The position numbers were made by a program, and so were the translations under genes. From NCBI RefSeq assembly GCF_964204645.1, contig NC_134031.1, positions 1,116,001 through 1,180,000 of the forward strand: 64,000 nt of DNA. The letters run 5' to 3'. Positions within the stretch are counted from its first letter, which is position 1. Every line of letters begins with the position of its first letter. Shown here in pieces: positions 25,018 through 40,000 of the stretch. Below the pieces are notes generated by a model. That model searched no databases, had not been told where the DNA came from, and saw only the letters and a list, made by a program, of their open reading frames with translations. This stretch comes from Tubulanus polymorphus. Taxonomy: Eukaryota > Animalia > Nemertea.

Positions 25018-28000
25018 TTACTACAGAGTTTACAAATTCACCTGGCATTATGACCTCTCTTTCTTTCTTTCTACTCTTTCAAAGTCTTCTTTTCAAATGA
25101 ACTAGAAACATATATAAAATACGAATTAAACATAATTCAGTAGATGAAATGAAACAATGTATTGAGATCACCCTACGAGTTACTGTTAAATCAAGAAACG
25201 GCCGTGAAGAATTGAAATTTTAAAACTGCATTTCTAAATTCCTTGCTGAGGTAAATAATGATCACTCCAGAATAGATGTACCCATCAACCTCTAAAAGTA
25301 CGGGCTTAGATTTGCAGTCACTCGAGTTTTTTTATCATTAGATGATAATGGAATTTTTTTTTTTTCAATTGTGTGAATATATAAAATGGTGGCGGGTGCT
25401 ATTATAAGCATGTATCAGTGTTGTCTGCCCCTACCCACAATCCCCTGTTTTAGATATAGGAAAACTTGCTTTCATTCGGAAAATTTGTCAGTTATTTTAA
25501 ATGTTTGAACTGACCTGGTTCCGCGCCGGTGTCCAGCTACAAGGACAGTTGGTTATAACCGGTGTATATTAATGATATGAATCAGTTGTATATATTTGAT
25601 AAACACTGTGAAGGGTTTGAGTGATTTTTGTTTTTTTTAATGAGGAGTTTTTCTACGGAGTGTGATCGAGGCCTGTGCGTGAGTGAGCGTGTGCGTGGAT
25701 TCATATTATCTTCTATAACGCTGTATTTTGAACGTCACATTCTCGATGATATTTTCATCAACGGGCTGCAGTTTTCATCATGTACACGTTTCATTTTTAT
25801 TTGAATATTAACGAGCAAATTTATTGATTTGATTAGTGAGTGATTGATTGTATTTAATTTGATTTTTTCTTCCAATCAGGTTCTTGCTTTGAGGCATCAA
25901 ATTGGCATTATTCCGGTATCAATTACATAATATCATCATATATATATATATATACATATCCATAATATATATATACAATAGACCAGGCGGCCATTTTCCT
26001 GTAAATCTAGCTTTCAGGTTTTTAGAGGTTCAATCCTACTTTGTTGTCCGTTTTATAAGAATTTGCATGCAACTCGATCCCGAAAGATATTTAAGTTATT
26101 TTTCGATGCTTTGATGTTATTTCCCCGATTCAAGAGAAAGCGAGCTACCTCTGGCAGGTGACCTGTGTATATATGTATATATATAGGTCCTGTATTGCAC
26201 TAATAGATACCCCCAGTTAGTGAAAAAGATTTAATAAAATGGAATGTTTGGTTGGAATGTTAATAATGACTAAATGGCCAACGTTATATCGAGAAAAGAA
26301 TCACGATTACAAATTCAAAACAATTTGTTCTGTGGTGATGGAGACAAATTTCTCTTTGATTTTTAGGTATTTCAGTAACTCCTCTGATTATTCTGCTATT
26401 TTGCTACATTTTTGGTAAATTTTTTTTGCCACGATTTAAAGCCATCATCTCATTATAGAAAAAAAAACCTTGCATAAGATTCTATCGCTGAAAATATTAG
26501 TTTTATCTGATCCCGACGAAACCATCTGGTTTTTCAGTACAGCGTCATTTCTGCATTAGTATCTCGAAGTTGTTTTCAGCACCCATCAGCTTTTCATCAT
26601 TCATACCACCTTTAAGATAATTACTATATTTATATATATATCGCCTTGATAAGATCAAAAAATGGAAATTAAGTAAATGGGGAAGAATCGGTTTTGTCCG
26701 TTATGTCGGACTTTAGTTGGAAATGGTTAGAGAAGAGGGCGCTATGGCTGATATCTTGACTAACTAGTAGAATACGTACTTAGTCTAGAGTGAAATCGGA
26801 GATACACATTTTTAGATGTTGGTGGTTGAAAATTTAGAGTATTTACGACGAGTAAACAATTTCGTTTCTCTTTTTACATAAATGAAGTCTTCTTTTCAGC
26901 AACACAATGACGCGATATCCATCGAAATTTACTCCCTAATTCGATTCAGTCTGATTTCAGTTTTTTTTTCGAATTCTTTTGTATTAACGACATGCACTGG
27001 TTTTTTATCAATATTCATTATTTTCATTTCATCCTTTCCACTCCATATATTTTCAATATCGAATTTGCCTCTCCACACACTGTGCAATAGTTCTTACAGC
27101 CGGGCTCTCTATCATTCTATCATTTAGAATACGAAATAATTAATCGTCAAACAGAATTTCAAACTGAGAAATGAAATTATTTATTTAAAAAGAAAAAAAA
27201 TCCCATTTCTGATAATTCAAATTTTCCAAAAAAAAAAGAAGAAATTAATTAAATTACCAATCGCCTTAGTTTAAGTGTACCTTTGATTAACAAAGCTGGT
27301 CTAGCAGAAATAATGACCCCTGACATGTTTCCATTTGTTAGCAGTCAAACTTTATCTCCCTGGGATTCTTGCGATTGTTCCGAGCGGCACGGTTGATTAA
27401 ACTGCTACGACAAGGTTACACTATACGAATACTGCTGTGGACATTCATACAGTCACTGAGGGTAAGGAAAAAAAATGATGGCGCTATCTCTTATATCAGG
27501 GGGACAGATTGATATAATGATTGTTTCACTGTTACATACCGTACATGTTTGTGGTTGTTTTTCAGGCCTTACCATATGTATGTTTACTGATAGTTATGCT
27601 GTTCTTCATCTATGCCATTATCGGGATGCAAGTAAGTAACAATGGACGGAACCTGAATTTAAATCCAGAGTTTTACAAAAACGTTTAACCCTTTCAGTGC
27701 GTCTACACCGCAGTGCGGTGTATAAATCAGTGATGGATTTTGCTAGTACACCGCACTGCGGTGTATTGATGTAATTAGTAATTTGTAATTACCTCTATTG
27801 AAAAATGGCAGAAAGTCTCAAACATAGTGAAATACTAGTAACTAACGATACACCGCACTGCGGTGTAGACGCACTATAGTGGTATTCCCATTGTTCAACA
27901 CACTAGGGTGGAATTTTTTAGAATTTTCAAATTTTCTCCAGCACTATAGGGTATTAATTAGTCAGCACTGAAAGGGTTAAGCCTAAAACGGTTAAGTTTG

Positions 28001-31000
28001 AATTGTTGTCCTCATTGAAAAAAAAAAAAAAGTAACCAATGGCAATTACACCAAAAATTTGAGTTTAACTTTTTTGTGAAATTGAGTCCTGATGCTAAGA
28101 ACCTTTAGTGTGAGCGTATCTCAGAGTGGTTTGGTAAAGCTATGATCGCTGTGGATACAACTACTTCCAGCATTGATGAAACTCATGTCACTAGTCATTC
28201 GAATGAATCTATTTTCTGTTGCAGGTTTTTGGAAATATCAAACTTGATTCGTCGACGGATATAAATCGTCATAACAACTTCCAAACGTTCATGCAAGCAT
28301 TGTTGCTGTTATTCCGTTGCGCTACTGGTGAGGCGTGGCAGTTGATCATGTTGTCATGTTTACCGAACGCTCAGTGTGATCCTAAAGCCGGTGACAGTAA
28401 CACCTGTGGAGATGACGTCGCATATTTCTATTTCTGTTCATTCATTTTCTTCTGTTCGTTCTTGGTAAGATTAACGCTCAGTTGTCAATCTTCAGTCTGT
28501 AACTCCGCCCTCTCGGACAATTGATGACCCATCTAAATGCTCACAGAATTGTCAACACTTCGCTAGGGTGCGATTTCATGATTCAATTAAATCAGTCTCC
28601 GGGTTAAAGTAAAAACAGGCCTCAGGCATTTCAGTTTGAAAATGAATTACAGCTTTTTACCAGACCCACTCAGATATACATGTAATGAGCATGCAATGTG
28701 GAAACTTAAAGTGTCCAGAATTGAACGATTGATATTCATTTATGATGATATTGACACTATAACGCACCCCAAGCAAGCAGTGCATTTACCCATCATGTTG
28801 ATTGTCTGAGTAGGGTGCAGGGTACAGACAGCTCTTTGATAAATTAACACATGAAATGATATTATTTGTTCTAATTCACAGATTCATCATCGTACTATAA
28901 TATACTGTTTTACATGTTTTCAGATGTTGAACTTGTTCGTAGCTGTTATCATGGATAACTTCGATTATCTGACACGTGATTCATCGATTCTTGGACCACA
29001 TCATCTCGATGAATATACACGAGTTTGGGCGGAGTATGATCCAGCTGCCTCGTAAGAATCTCTCAATATTAACCATTGATGATACGCTATGTCCATTTTT
29101 TAATGATAATATGGAGAATCCCAGACTAATCTAGCGATAAAGATGAAAACTTAATTTATTGATTCAACATTTTGATTATAACCTAATAGTCAGTATTCCT
29201 GAAGATGACTATTAAGTAATTAGGAAACGTTCAATCAAAAATCATTAGCTTGAAAGAGACCTTATCTTTCTCGTTAAAGTATGGGATTATCTATATATAT
29301 CTCAATACTCTCTCTTTATCTTGGCTTTAAACTGTTCTTGATCATGTGTTTGTTTTCTCAATTATCATCAGGGGCCGCATTCATTACAATAATATGTATG
29401 AAATGCTGCGTAATATGGAACCACCTGTTGGATTTGGTAAAAAGTGTCCGTACAGACTAGCTTATAGGGTAAGTTACGAATTGAGGTACTTCATTGAGGT
29501 ATCAGGAAAGCGATAGGACAAGGAAACGTTTGGAAATGCGGTCGAATATATCTCGCCGCCCTCTGGCAGTTTTTATATTCATTACATAAAACGACTGCCA
29601 TTTTTTTTTTTTTGTAGAAACTGATACGAATGAATATGCCCGTAGCAGAGGATAATACTGTACATTTTACAACCACTTTGTTTGCCTTAATCCGAGAGTC
29701 ATTACAGATCAAAATGGGACCAGGTAAGCGAGCGTCTGAAAGCATCCTTCTGACAATTGTTCAAACAGAACTTAGGATTCGGATTGATGATTATACCGTA
29801 TACATCACAAAATGAGAATATTTTCGCATGCTTCTTTTTATTCCTCATCGTTTTGAATCTGAATGTTTCGAAGAAAACTTCATTAACATTTAACGAATCA
29901 TGTCGTTTTTAGTTGGTTTTTTCTATATGAACGATTGTCGCGCACAGATATTTTAATTTTGTTTAAAATAATTCGTAGCAGACGAAGCAAAGGGAACATT
30001 TAATCATGAACTTGAAGTATGAAGTTTGCGTTAGTTTATGCGGTTATGTCTATAGAGTCTTTACGATATCATTGAAAATCTGACCATTAAACACCGGTCA
30101 GCCATTTGGGTGGTAACTTCGTCGCCCACAAATACAGTAGACCTTGCTTGCCTTAGATCTCGCAGGACTGATGAATATTCTTGTGAGGCAGCAAGTGAAT
30201 TCCAGGGCAGTTGGAGCGAGGATGGAATTGGAGTGAGAAAATTAGGTATATATTGTCAGGCAGGGTACGCGAGATAATCAGGTCATTCACCCTGGCCGAG
30301 TGTCCAATGACAGACGTGAGATAATCAGGTCATTCACCCTGGCCGAGTGGTCCAATGACAGACGTGAGATAATCAGGTCATTCACCCTGGCCGAGTGGTC
30401 CAATGACAGACGTGAGATAATCAGGTCATTCACCCTGGCCGAGTGGTCCAATGACAGATCTTATCGCTAAGACCTATACATACAACTACATAACTGTATT
30501 TTATAGCGTTTTGAAAATCTTATTGAATGTGAAAATTCTACGATGTACCATAAATGTGTCTATGCATGTTTTGATTCAATAGTTAACCCAGCGGTTCCCG
30601 TTGAGAAGACCCGTAAGTATTATACCTGCAAGCTATGTATGCTGTTCACTCGTTTGAGAATAACAAATATACATATTTATATATAGCCAACGAAGTCATC
30701 TCTACTGTTGTTTAACTGTTTGAATATTGTGTTTGATGCATAAGCTGAACTGATTTACAGCACTATGTTCATTTCATTCCGATTGGAAAGATCTTTCTAA
30801 TTTGCACACGATATGATGCCTTATATTTCCACCGAAGATACCATACATAAACTCTGGATCCAGTTCCTCAGTTGCAAATTAGAGTTATCTCTGAGATGAA
30901 ATGGATTTATTTCCCAATGATTATTTAAACCAGAGTCAAACTTTTAACTTGGGACTGTGGAGCTGGCTGCTGATGTCCTAATTTACTTTAATGATGCCCC

Positions 31001-34000
31001 TCATGGCCTACCGTATTGCATAGAAGTAAACAGTAGAAGATGGAGTTGGTGATTTATTTTATGAATACCACTATAAACACTGGTCAACTATAGCTCGATG
31101 CCAAAATCATTATCATAATATATACTACATTTTCATATTTACATTTATATTATCTGCCTTCATTTTCTTACAAAATATAATCTTGAATTTGTTTATCTAT
31201 TTTGCTATTTTTAACGATGAATACTACATTGTATTTAGTCCTATGGCGTCATATTTATCGGGTTTCAAGTTCAACTTTTCTAACCCTCAAACAAAAGACT
31301 TGTACTTTATCGTCAAAGATACTTCACAGGATAGGTTACATGCAGTTATGATGAGAAAGATTTTTTGTTTTCAAAGTATTAAGAAAACTAAAGCTATGAA
31401 TTGAGACCGAGCATGGAATTAGTTAGCATATATGTATAGATATATAGTAATATGTTGCTTAGAACATCCAATAATTAGTTTTAGATAAATTTGAACTAAG
31501 CGGACATAGATACATACTGTTATTGTTTTATGTGTTGAAGCTTGAGTCATCATTTAGGAATAGATCGTACAACGTTTAGTATTTAGGCAAAAATGTTATG
31601 ATAGAAAAAAAAAACAGCAGGTTATATACATATTTCATGTGCTGAATGATAGATAATATGCTTATAAATGCTCTAGGTGCATGTTTGAATGATAGTAGCT
31701 TAAAGCATGATAAATGCTTGAAACCGATATGATATTATTTTGCTTTGATCTTTACTTCAAATTTCAGCTTTCAGCATCAACCTCGATTCATTTTGGAGAC
31801 TCGATCCGTTCTTTGATTGTAGCTTAATACGGATTGATAATGAATTCATATTTGTTTTATTTCCAGTTGAAGAAATGGATCGTAAAGATGATGAATTCCG
31901 AGAGACCATACGTCGAATGTGGCCGATTCAAGCGAAGAAAATGCTGCATTTATTGATGCCGATTGATGACAGGAAGAATCGTATGATTGATAAAGATCCA
32001 GGTCGGTTTCATCAACAGAATCAATTACTTCATCCCGCGCCTTTTTTGAGAACGTCGGTTCTGCATCGGTTAGAGATGAGTTATGAACAAACCCGTACCC
32101 ATTTCCCTTTGCTACACCAGGGCTGGATCCAGACCGTAGCGCCTGACCATCGTGCTATTAGTTTGTATTAAAGGCAAGACATTAGGCTGAACCCTGACTG
32201 AAGAGTAGGTACCGGGCTGGAACTACAGTCGAGTAGCTGTCTGGTCCCTTTCTGTCCACAGTCATTGTGCCATTCGTTAGAACATATACCACAGAAAGTT
32301 GCTATAAAACTGTATCAGCTCAGAGGATTGCAGAATGAATAAAGAATATTTTGTCTCGGCTGGAAAAGTAGCCCTTTCTGTTGGTTCTATGGTCAGAAGT
32401 CGCCCCTGGATCCACCTCTGTACAGATACCAGTTCTAAAACTTAAGTAGAATGATTATCAAATAGACATCAAAATCATTGTACAATAAACAGAAAACAGA
32501 TTTATTTGAATAATATCACTGAGTGATTTTATTTACTGTATCCTATTATCAGTCATGACGGCCATATCATCGGGTAGAAGTTTCCTATCACAACCAAAAC
32601 AAGGTTTGTTTCATCATTAATTGACAAGAAAAAAACAATCTTTTCTTACAAATTTCTCTTAATTCTTCTTTCCAATTTGCCGTGTCATATCATATTTGTG
32701 TATATCGATATTTATTTCAACTTCAAGATTCCTAGATTTTCATGTTAAAAACATATTCGTTATCAGTATTAGATATTTAATCAAATACGATTTTCTATTC
32801 CAATATTCCTCGGCATGTATTTTTCATGTAATCTATATGTGCTATGTTACAATACTGTGATACATAGGTGTAGATTATTGAATTAAAGAAATACCATTTT
32901 CAGACATTTTCATAACTATGATATTTGTTGATAGCTCGTGGGAAGCCATGTTCTTTTTACCTCTGTCTCGTCACCATTCAGGAATTTATTTGCACCTTTA
33001 TCTCGTTGGTATTTTTACTACATGTTTTTACCACAGAAATAATCTCAAGAGCCGAGTTGCACAGTCGTGACTTAAGACCAAAAGAGGTCATACATCTGGA
33101 TGCTGGTCTTTAGTTGTTAGACTCATTGGAGAATCATGATGGTCTATGAATGGTCTTGAATCTAAGGCGTGACTGTGCAAGTTGGCCGTGACGCGACTTC
33201 AGATCCAAGCAGATCCATATTATCACAAAAATGCAGAAAATGCATATATAATTCTTTTTCTTTTATGATTCAGGATCCAGTTCCACACAAATTAATTGAT
33301 TTTCGATCAGTTAACTCTGAATCACATCTCGCAACTGTGGAACCGGGTCCGCGCAGAATCTGCTTCTGACGGTGATGACAACGTAATACATGATTTTCAC
33401 TCTGCGTTTACGTTTTATTTTCAGACACGCCGAATCACCGGTTAACTGTCGGTAAAATCTATGCAGGGCTTCTAATTGCTGAGAACTGGAGAGCGTATAA
33501 AGCAAGCCAGTCAAAAATAAATCATAAAGCTGTAAGTATGAAATGAAGGGTATGAATCGATGGTGTAGCGTATAAACATACACGTGTTATAGTAATTGAA
33601 TTGTATCTGATATGATGAACATGTTTGATGATTGTAGACTAGTGTTTGGTGAATCTAGTGAAATACCGTAAAACACCCCCTCCCCCCCCCCCTCCCCCTC
33701 TTTAAACCACCCTTCCAAATGCTTTGTCGACCCCTATGCTTTAAGTACTGAATGGTGTTATTGAGAGAATATGGGCACACGTTAGGTAACACAGAGGACT
33801 ACTGTAAGCTCAAATGGAACTTTAAGTTGTTCTATGAATGTGGTCCCAGTTCCACAGTTGAGAAGCTTATACCCGTAGTTCAGGAAGTTGGTAAAGTTAC
33901 CCATCGAATAAATCAAGGATGTTTGTCCCTTTTCAATTGTGCTCGTGCAGAAGACATTATCGACTTTCTCTTTCACTTGCCATGTTTAGAAGTCTCGGCC

Positions 34001-37000
34001 ATTTCTTCCATCTTGTGTGATGGCAGAAATCTTCTACTTATATTCCATCTTCCGGAAGAGAACGATCGAAAGTGGCCCTGGTTGTCACCTTGTCTACGCG
34101 CGTTAACTTTAACCAATGTTTGAACGATCAAGGAGTTTGAACTGTGTAAAACCATGGATGTATAATCTAGTTTATGTGTCCATGTTAGAACCATACTCTG
34201 CGGGAACGTGGCCTGTTTTTTAAAGTGGATATCGCACGATTCCAGAATCTGTGAATATTACATGTGTAATATATATATATACGGATGGATGTTTGATCGG
34301 AATGAACTCTGTTACCGCCGTATAGTAGCACTCTGTGAATTAAAACAACCAATCACCACGCACTCCTCTGATTGATGATGAAATAAACACCGACCAGGTC
34401 CAGGAAGAACATCTCTAAACGCATGCTATCGATATTTCAATGAATTGAAATGAAATTCTTTCCAAAGCGACATTTTATTAAAAAATCTAATATCGGTATA
34501 TATCATACCAACAAATAGTCATTTGAAAAACTGGAATTGTGTTTGTTGATAAAATGTCGTGCTTAGAGTTGTTGGTGCAATCAGTTCAAATGTCTTCATA
34601 GCACGGTACGATTTAACTTGATTTCAAACATTAAGAACTTCATTTAACACCGAAAAGAGTTGAACATTCACTGCCCAGTTCCGCAGTTTTCAGTTCAGAT
34701 TAGACTCTATGGTAACCTGATTGAAGATGCACTCTGATTTAACCTTAGAGCCAAATAACTGTGGAGCTGTCTCCAGAAATCTTAATGAATTCATTGAATC
34801 ATGCACCAACAAGTGAGAATTTCTGATGGACAGGTTTTTTTTTTCGTGTATTGCACATGACAGATGCACAACAGAGATATGAGTTTTTAATGTCATTGTT
34901 ATTTTCAGATAAAGATTCTAGGCTTAGATGAAGAGGTAAAATAACAATACAAATCAATGTGCCATGATATATAACACCTTCTATATATATATATACATAT
35001 ATACATTCTTAATCCTTAACTCATCGTTGCTTCTGTTCTTAGAAATAGATCATATTCATATTATATTTCTCTGTGTTCTATTCAAGAACTTAAACTAAAG
35101 ATAGTTATTTCCACAACTGAAATGTGTTGTCCCCGTGAAGAACCGCTAAATGACTTACACCGTATTTTCCAAATCTGGTCATCACTGACGTCTGTCTGAT
35201 AAAGTGGCCTCGATAGATCATTGAAATGCCTTATGCATGTGTTTTTTAACCTAACCTGTTATTTATTATTAACAAGCGTTGTGTTTATAATTTTCGATTA
35301 GATTTATTCATTTCAGTCCCAATTCAGTTAATTTCAAGTATTTCAGCTTGCTGATATTAAAAAACAATCTAAAGAAGTATACTGTTTAGTTAATAATTCC
35401 TGCTTCCATTGAGGCCCTGTTTAAAGCACCACCATCAGACTTTCCCGGGTTTCCATGTGGACTATTATAATCCTTATGGTGGTTGCTTGTATAGAGGTTT
35501 TGTACATTAGTTTGCTTGCCAGCCATACATAACAACAACAGATCGAATCGGGGGAGTTACAAACCTCGCGGGTCCATCATGTACGTAAATCACTTATTGT
35601 GTTTGCTAACCAATATGGCGGCGGTCTTATCAAAAAAGCACCTGGCTACAAGACCTCTCTATACTGGGATATTTCAAACTTTCTGTTTACGTGGCCTGAT
35701 TCTGATGGACATTCTAAGAAACTCCTCCTCCACAGTTATTTTCCATTTTCAGCAAGCAGATTTTTTTTTCATTTTTCGAGATCCTGATTCTGTTTTAACG
35801 ATAGATGTGAATGCATAAACGCGCACTAATTTATCAATATATCTCGATGTTGTTTACACTCGTAAAATGCAGCAATTAAACTGCTATCTCCAACCATACT
35901 GATTCTCATTGATGCCTTATATGTTGATTTGGTGACCGGATAAAAAATTGCTTTTATGTTCGTGTTTAAAGATAATTTGCGTAAATCGGACGGATAAAAC
36001 TAATTCGATTTTGATTGATTAGACTTCGACTGTACTTTCACTAATAAATTTCTTTGTATTTTTTTAACAGGATCCTAAGCGTGAGGAGGTTGGTCATCGT
36101 GCCTGTTCCATTTATTATTTCTCTTCAATGTTCCGTGTTGGTTGAGCGGAAGTAATCTGACTGTGGCCATATCAAAATTATTACTATCGAAATATCGCTA
36201 ATGGGGTATACAGAAAAAAATCCCATGATAGAAAGAGAAGAAAGTCTGAACTTCTACTTTAGTTAATGATTTATATTTAGTCATCTTCAGGAATAATTAA
36301 GTTGAAATAGAATTTTCAGGCACTTTTTTTCTTTCAATGTGTGAGATTTTCCTGTATTATCATTATACAATATTGACGCACTATTTCATCAATGGTTTTA
36401 GTCAGGTTACTTTATACTGTTTGAATTGTGTGAATCAATGTCGGTGAATTTTTACCACCAATCTATCAGCCCTTCCCTGCCCTAAATGCTGAAATAATCT
36501 TCAACCCAAAACCTGCAGAACCTTCTCAAGACCAAAACTACAATACATGATATATGACTGTAAACAGTAAACTGATTTACATTTCACTATGGATTGATCT
36601 TGATTTGAGAAAAAGTTCAGAGTCAAACTGCGCAACCCTTCTCTTAATCCTTCTATGCGATGACATTCATTGATTTTTATCATCCAATTGCCAAAACTCA
36701 AATGAACGAGAACAATCTTCACTAAATATGAATGTTTGTTTCAGTGTAATGTATATATCTAGCTCTCGGCCAATGGCATGCTCTGTATCACTCATATAAC
36801 CCACTGTTGTAACGTGCTATGTGATTGGTTTGATTTGAAAGTTGTAATATATATCGTTTGATGTTTGAATTTGGGTTCAATGAATGAAACCTCATTCGTG
36901 TCTTTATCTAAATATTGAGCTGAGTGATGTGAGGATAGTTTTATCTTCCAAAAGACAATTACGTGTATTCTGTTTAGAAAAAGCCACAATAAAATCTAAT

Positions 37001-40000
37001 AGTCCAGGGGTCTTACAAGAAGACAAGACCTTCAAAATTCCCACAAGTGCCCACAATTCCGGTAAGAAAATCTGAAAAGCACCCTTTCTGTAAAACATAG
37101 GCACAATTTTGCCCAAATATTCCGCTAATATGCTGCTGAAATGGCGATTTACCCTTGAAAACTTAGTAAACCCCCAAAATATGCCATTACCAGTAACATG
37201 TTATTTACTGTGGGTTTTTCCTGTTAAGGGAACGATGTTGTCTCAATTCAGAGGTTGACAACCGGAAACAAAAACGTAGCGTCAACATTTCTATCTCGTG
37301 GGAAATTTCTTTGTCCGTCTCTGTATTTTATAATCTGTGTTTGTATCTCATGTGTGTGTGTGTCACTGAATCATCGAAACAAATCCGTGAATTTCAGAAC
37401 AATGATTCGAATGATAAACGAAAGCTGCCCGATCGCAGTAAAGGAGAGGTAAAATTAGAGACAATAAACATTGGTATCATCAGTGACAGAGGTGACGGTA
37501 ATGGCATCCTGCGAGTCGTAATCTGAGAAATCATCGCCAAGTCATTTAACTGTATTTCAATCCTCCAAATCTTCGATTATTTTGAAAGCAACTTCATCTG
37601 AATTTTCTTATAAACTCATTTTAGAGCCAGTTATGAACCACACTTGTCCATCTAGTTACGGATTTTCCCAAATAAATAAAAACTTACAACACAGTGTTTG
37701 AAAATAACCCCAATGACTTCAAACCCATGGATAAAACTAAAACCTTTAGTCCAAATCCATTGATTGTTTACGTAATTAACAATGTATGAAGTCTATTCAT
37801 TTTGTGACTACAATATCATTGTCCAGTGGGAGATAGTTGAATAGATCAGGAAACTCCTGGGGCCAGTTGCTCAAAAGTTGGTTAAAAATAACCGGCGGAT
37901 AAATTTCGATAGTTACAATGAACTTTTAATTTTCACTACGTTTACTATCCACTGGTTAACTTTAACAAACCTTTGCGTCCCTGGTTTAATATCACCACAT
38001 TCTGCTTGATGTCGATTTCTCAGAGCTGACCAGTTGTCAGATGCATGTTAGCATGTCCGATCAATAAAATAGAACGCATCATAACATCGTATATGAAACT
38101 GCTGCGTAGACATACCTCGTAATGCAAATAGAACCTTTATCATTATCTCTGAAACTAATCAGATTTTTCAATCCTGAATTTAGCCCCCGAATAATGTTGC
38201 ATGAAGGAAACTAATGATAGAATGTCGAGCTCCTGAAAGAATAGGGTCAGAACGATTGTATCTGGGCCCTAGTCTACTGAACTGATTGACCCAGTATTGT
38301 CGTAGCTATGGTTCTATGACCTAGTTATTGTTTTATGACGTAGCTATGGTTCTATGACCTTATGACAGGTCTATGACCTAGTTATGGTTATATGACCTTG
38401 TCACAGGTATATGACCTAGTTATGGTTATATGACCTAGTTACAGTTCTATAGCTAAGTTCTCGTTAAAAGACCTCACAAAAACCTTAAGTCTATGTGACT
38501 TCATGAATTTGTGACCAAAATGAGCACAGTCTGGGTTAATCTTGAATGTAGACTCAGGGCTTAAAAGGAGCTTTGTGAAAAGACTATGTTAATGAACCCT
38601 CTCAATAGTATTAGCTGCGCGCCCTGTCAGTGAGCTGATTTTATCCACATATATTACGCATTATCATTAATCGTACTAATGTAAAACCTTTTTAAAAAAA
38701 AATCTTTTTGAAAGTTTATCTCGCATTTAGATGATGATATTATATTTAGAATAGAGCATGTTCAGGATTGGTGGGGCGCAACCGGGGCTCGGTAGTTTTT
38801 CCAGAAAAGTAATTAATAGATGTTTCTATCCGATGAGTTTGTATATGTGAGGACGGTATTTCGGAGCCCTGTTCAATATTTGGGATAAAGAGGTTGAATG
38901 AACACGGCTTCGAAATCAGTAATAAACCATTGTGACTTTGTTATAGTCATTTCGACATTCGTTGTTTAATGCTATTTTGATATGTTGATTTTTCAGCGTC
39001 CGCCATCTTTATTCCGGCGTCTGATGGGTGTGATGCGTACACCGACGACGCGTTCGAGTCAGAGTCTAGATTCGGAGCCGTCTGACGACCGCGATGAGCA
39101 CGGGTAAGAATCCACCAATCACCGCGCTATATACACTTTAGTTACAAAACAATTTTCTTCCGGATATTCTCGATTCTCACGAATACAAAACATCACTGAA
39201 CTTAAACAAGCTGAGCTCCTAACCCTACACTAGGAATAAGAAGAGTCCAAAATGCTTCCTCGAGCTAATGATTCATTCAATAATTTGACTTTTAAGTCAT
39301 CTTCAGGAATACTTATCATCACAAGGAAATGAATTTAAATTGAAAACTTTTGGATATTGAGTTAGATTTTTAAACATTAAGATATGACAAATTCTAGAGA
39401 TAACTCACATCAGTTTTCGATCTTTTGTGAGTTTTTTCTAAGATTGTGTATTTTCAATATTTCACATTTCACTTGATTAGGATTATATAGGGTTACACAG
39501 ATGAACTTATTTCAATCACACTGATCTTAAACAAACATCTCTTAGAGAATTCTAAAAGTTAACAGTAGCCCTACAACTACAAAACTATTACAATTTTTCC
39601 TTCTCTTCACTCATACATGTGTTGTAAATGTAGTAACCATTTTCTACACCATGAAATTTTCAACTTCATTTTACAATCTGATGTAGTAAGCTTCAAAATC
39701 AACATCATTTCACGGTTTTATCAGTTCTTTTCAATTTTATCAATTCCTTTCACATCAGCACAAATTTTCTGCTATTTTGCACCATTTTCACTACAAACTA
39801 TCGCAGATATTTACAATAAAGATGTTAAGATTTTTCTTTGTAAACATGCAGGGGGTCGTATCTGAAGGTACTGTAAAAATGATATTCTGTTAATGCAGCA
39901 TCAATGATATTTAGAAAATATGGAGACACTGAATTAACAGATTATTGTTTTTACAGTACCTACAACTTTGATATGAACCCCTGTGTTTAAATGTGCACAA

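Noticed and set aside
26367-26374. 8-nt microexon GTATTTCA
   Set aside because: Not frame-preserving
29052-29617. Duplicate EF-hand exon (37a/37b-like)
   Set aside because: The flanking introns are short and contain no second copy
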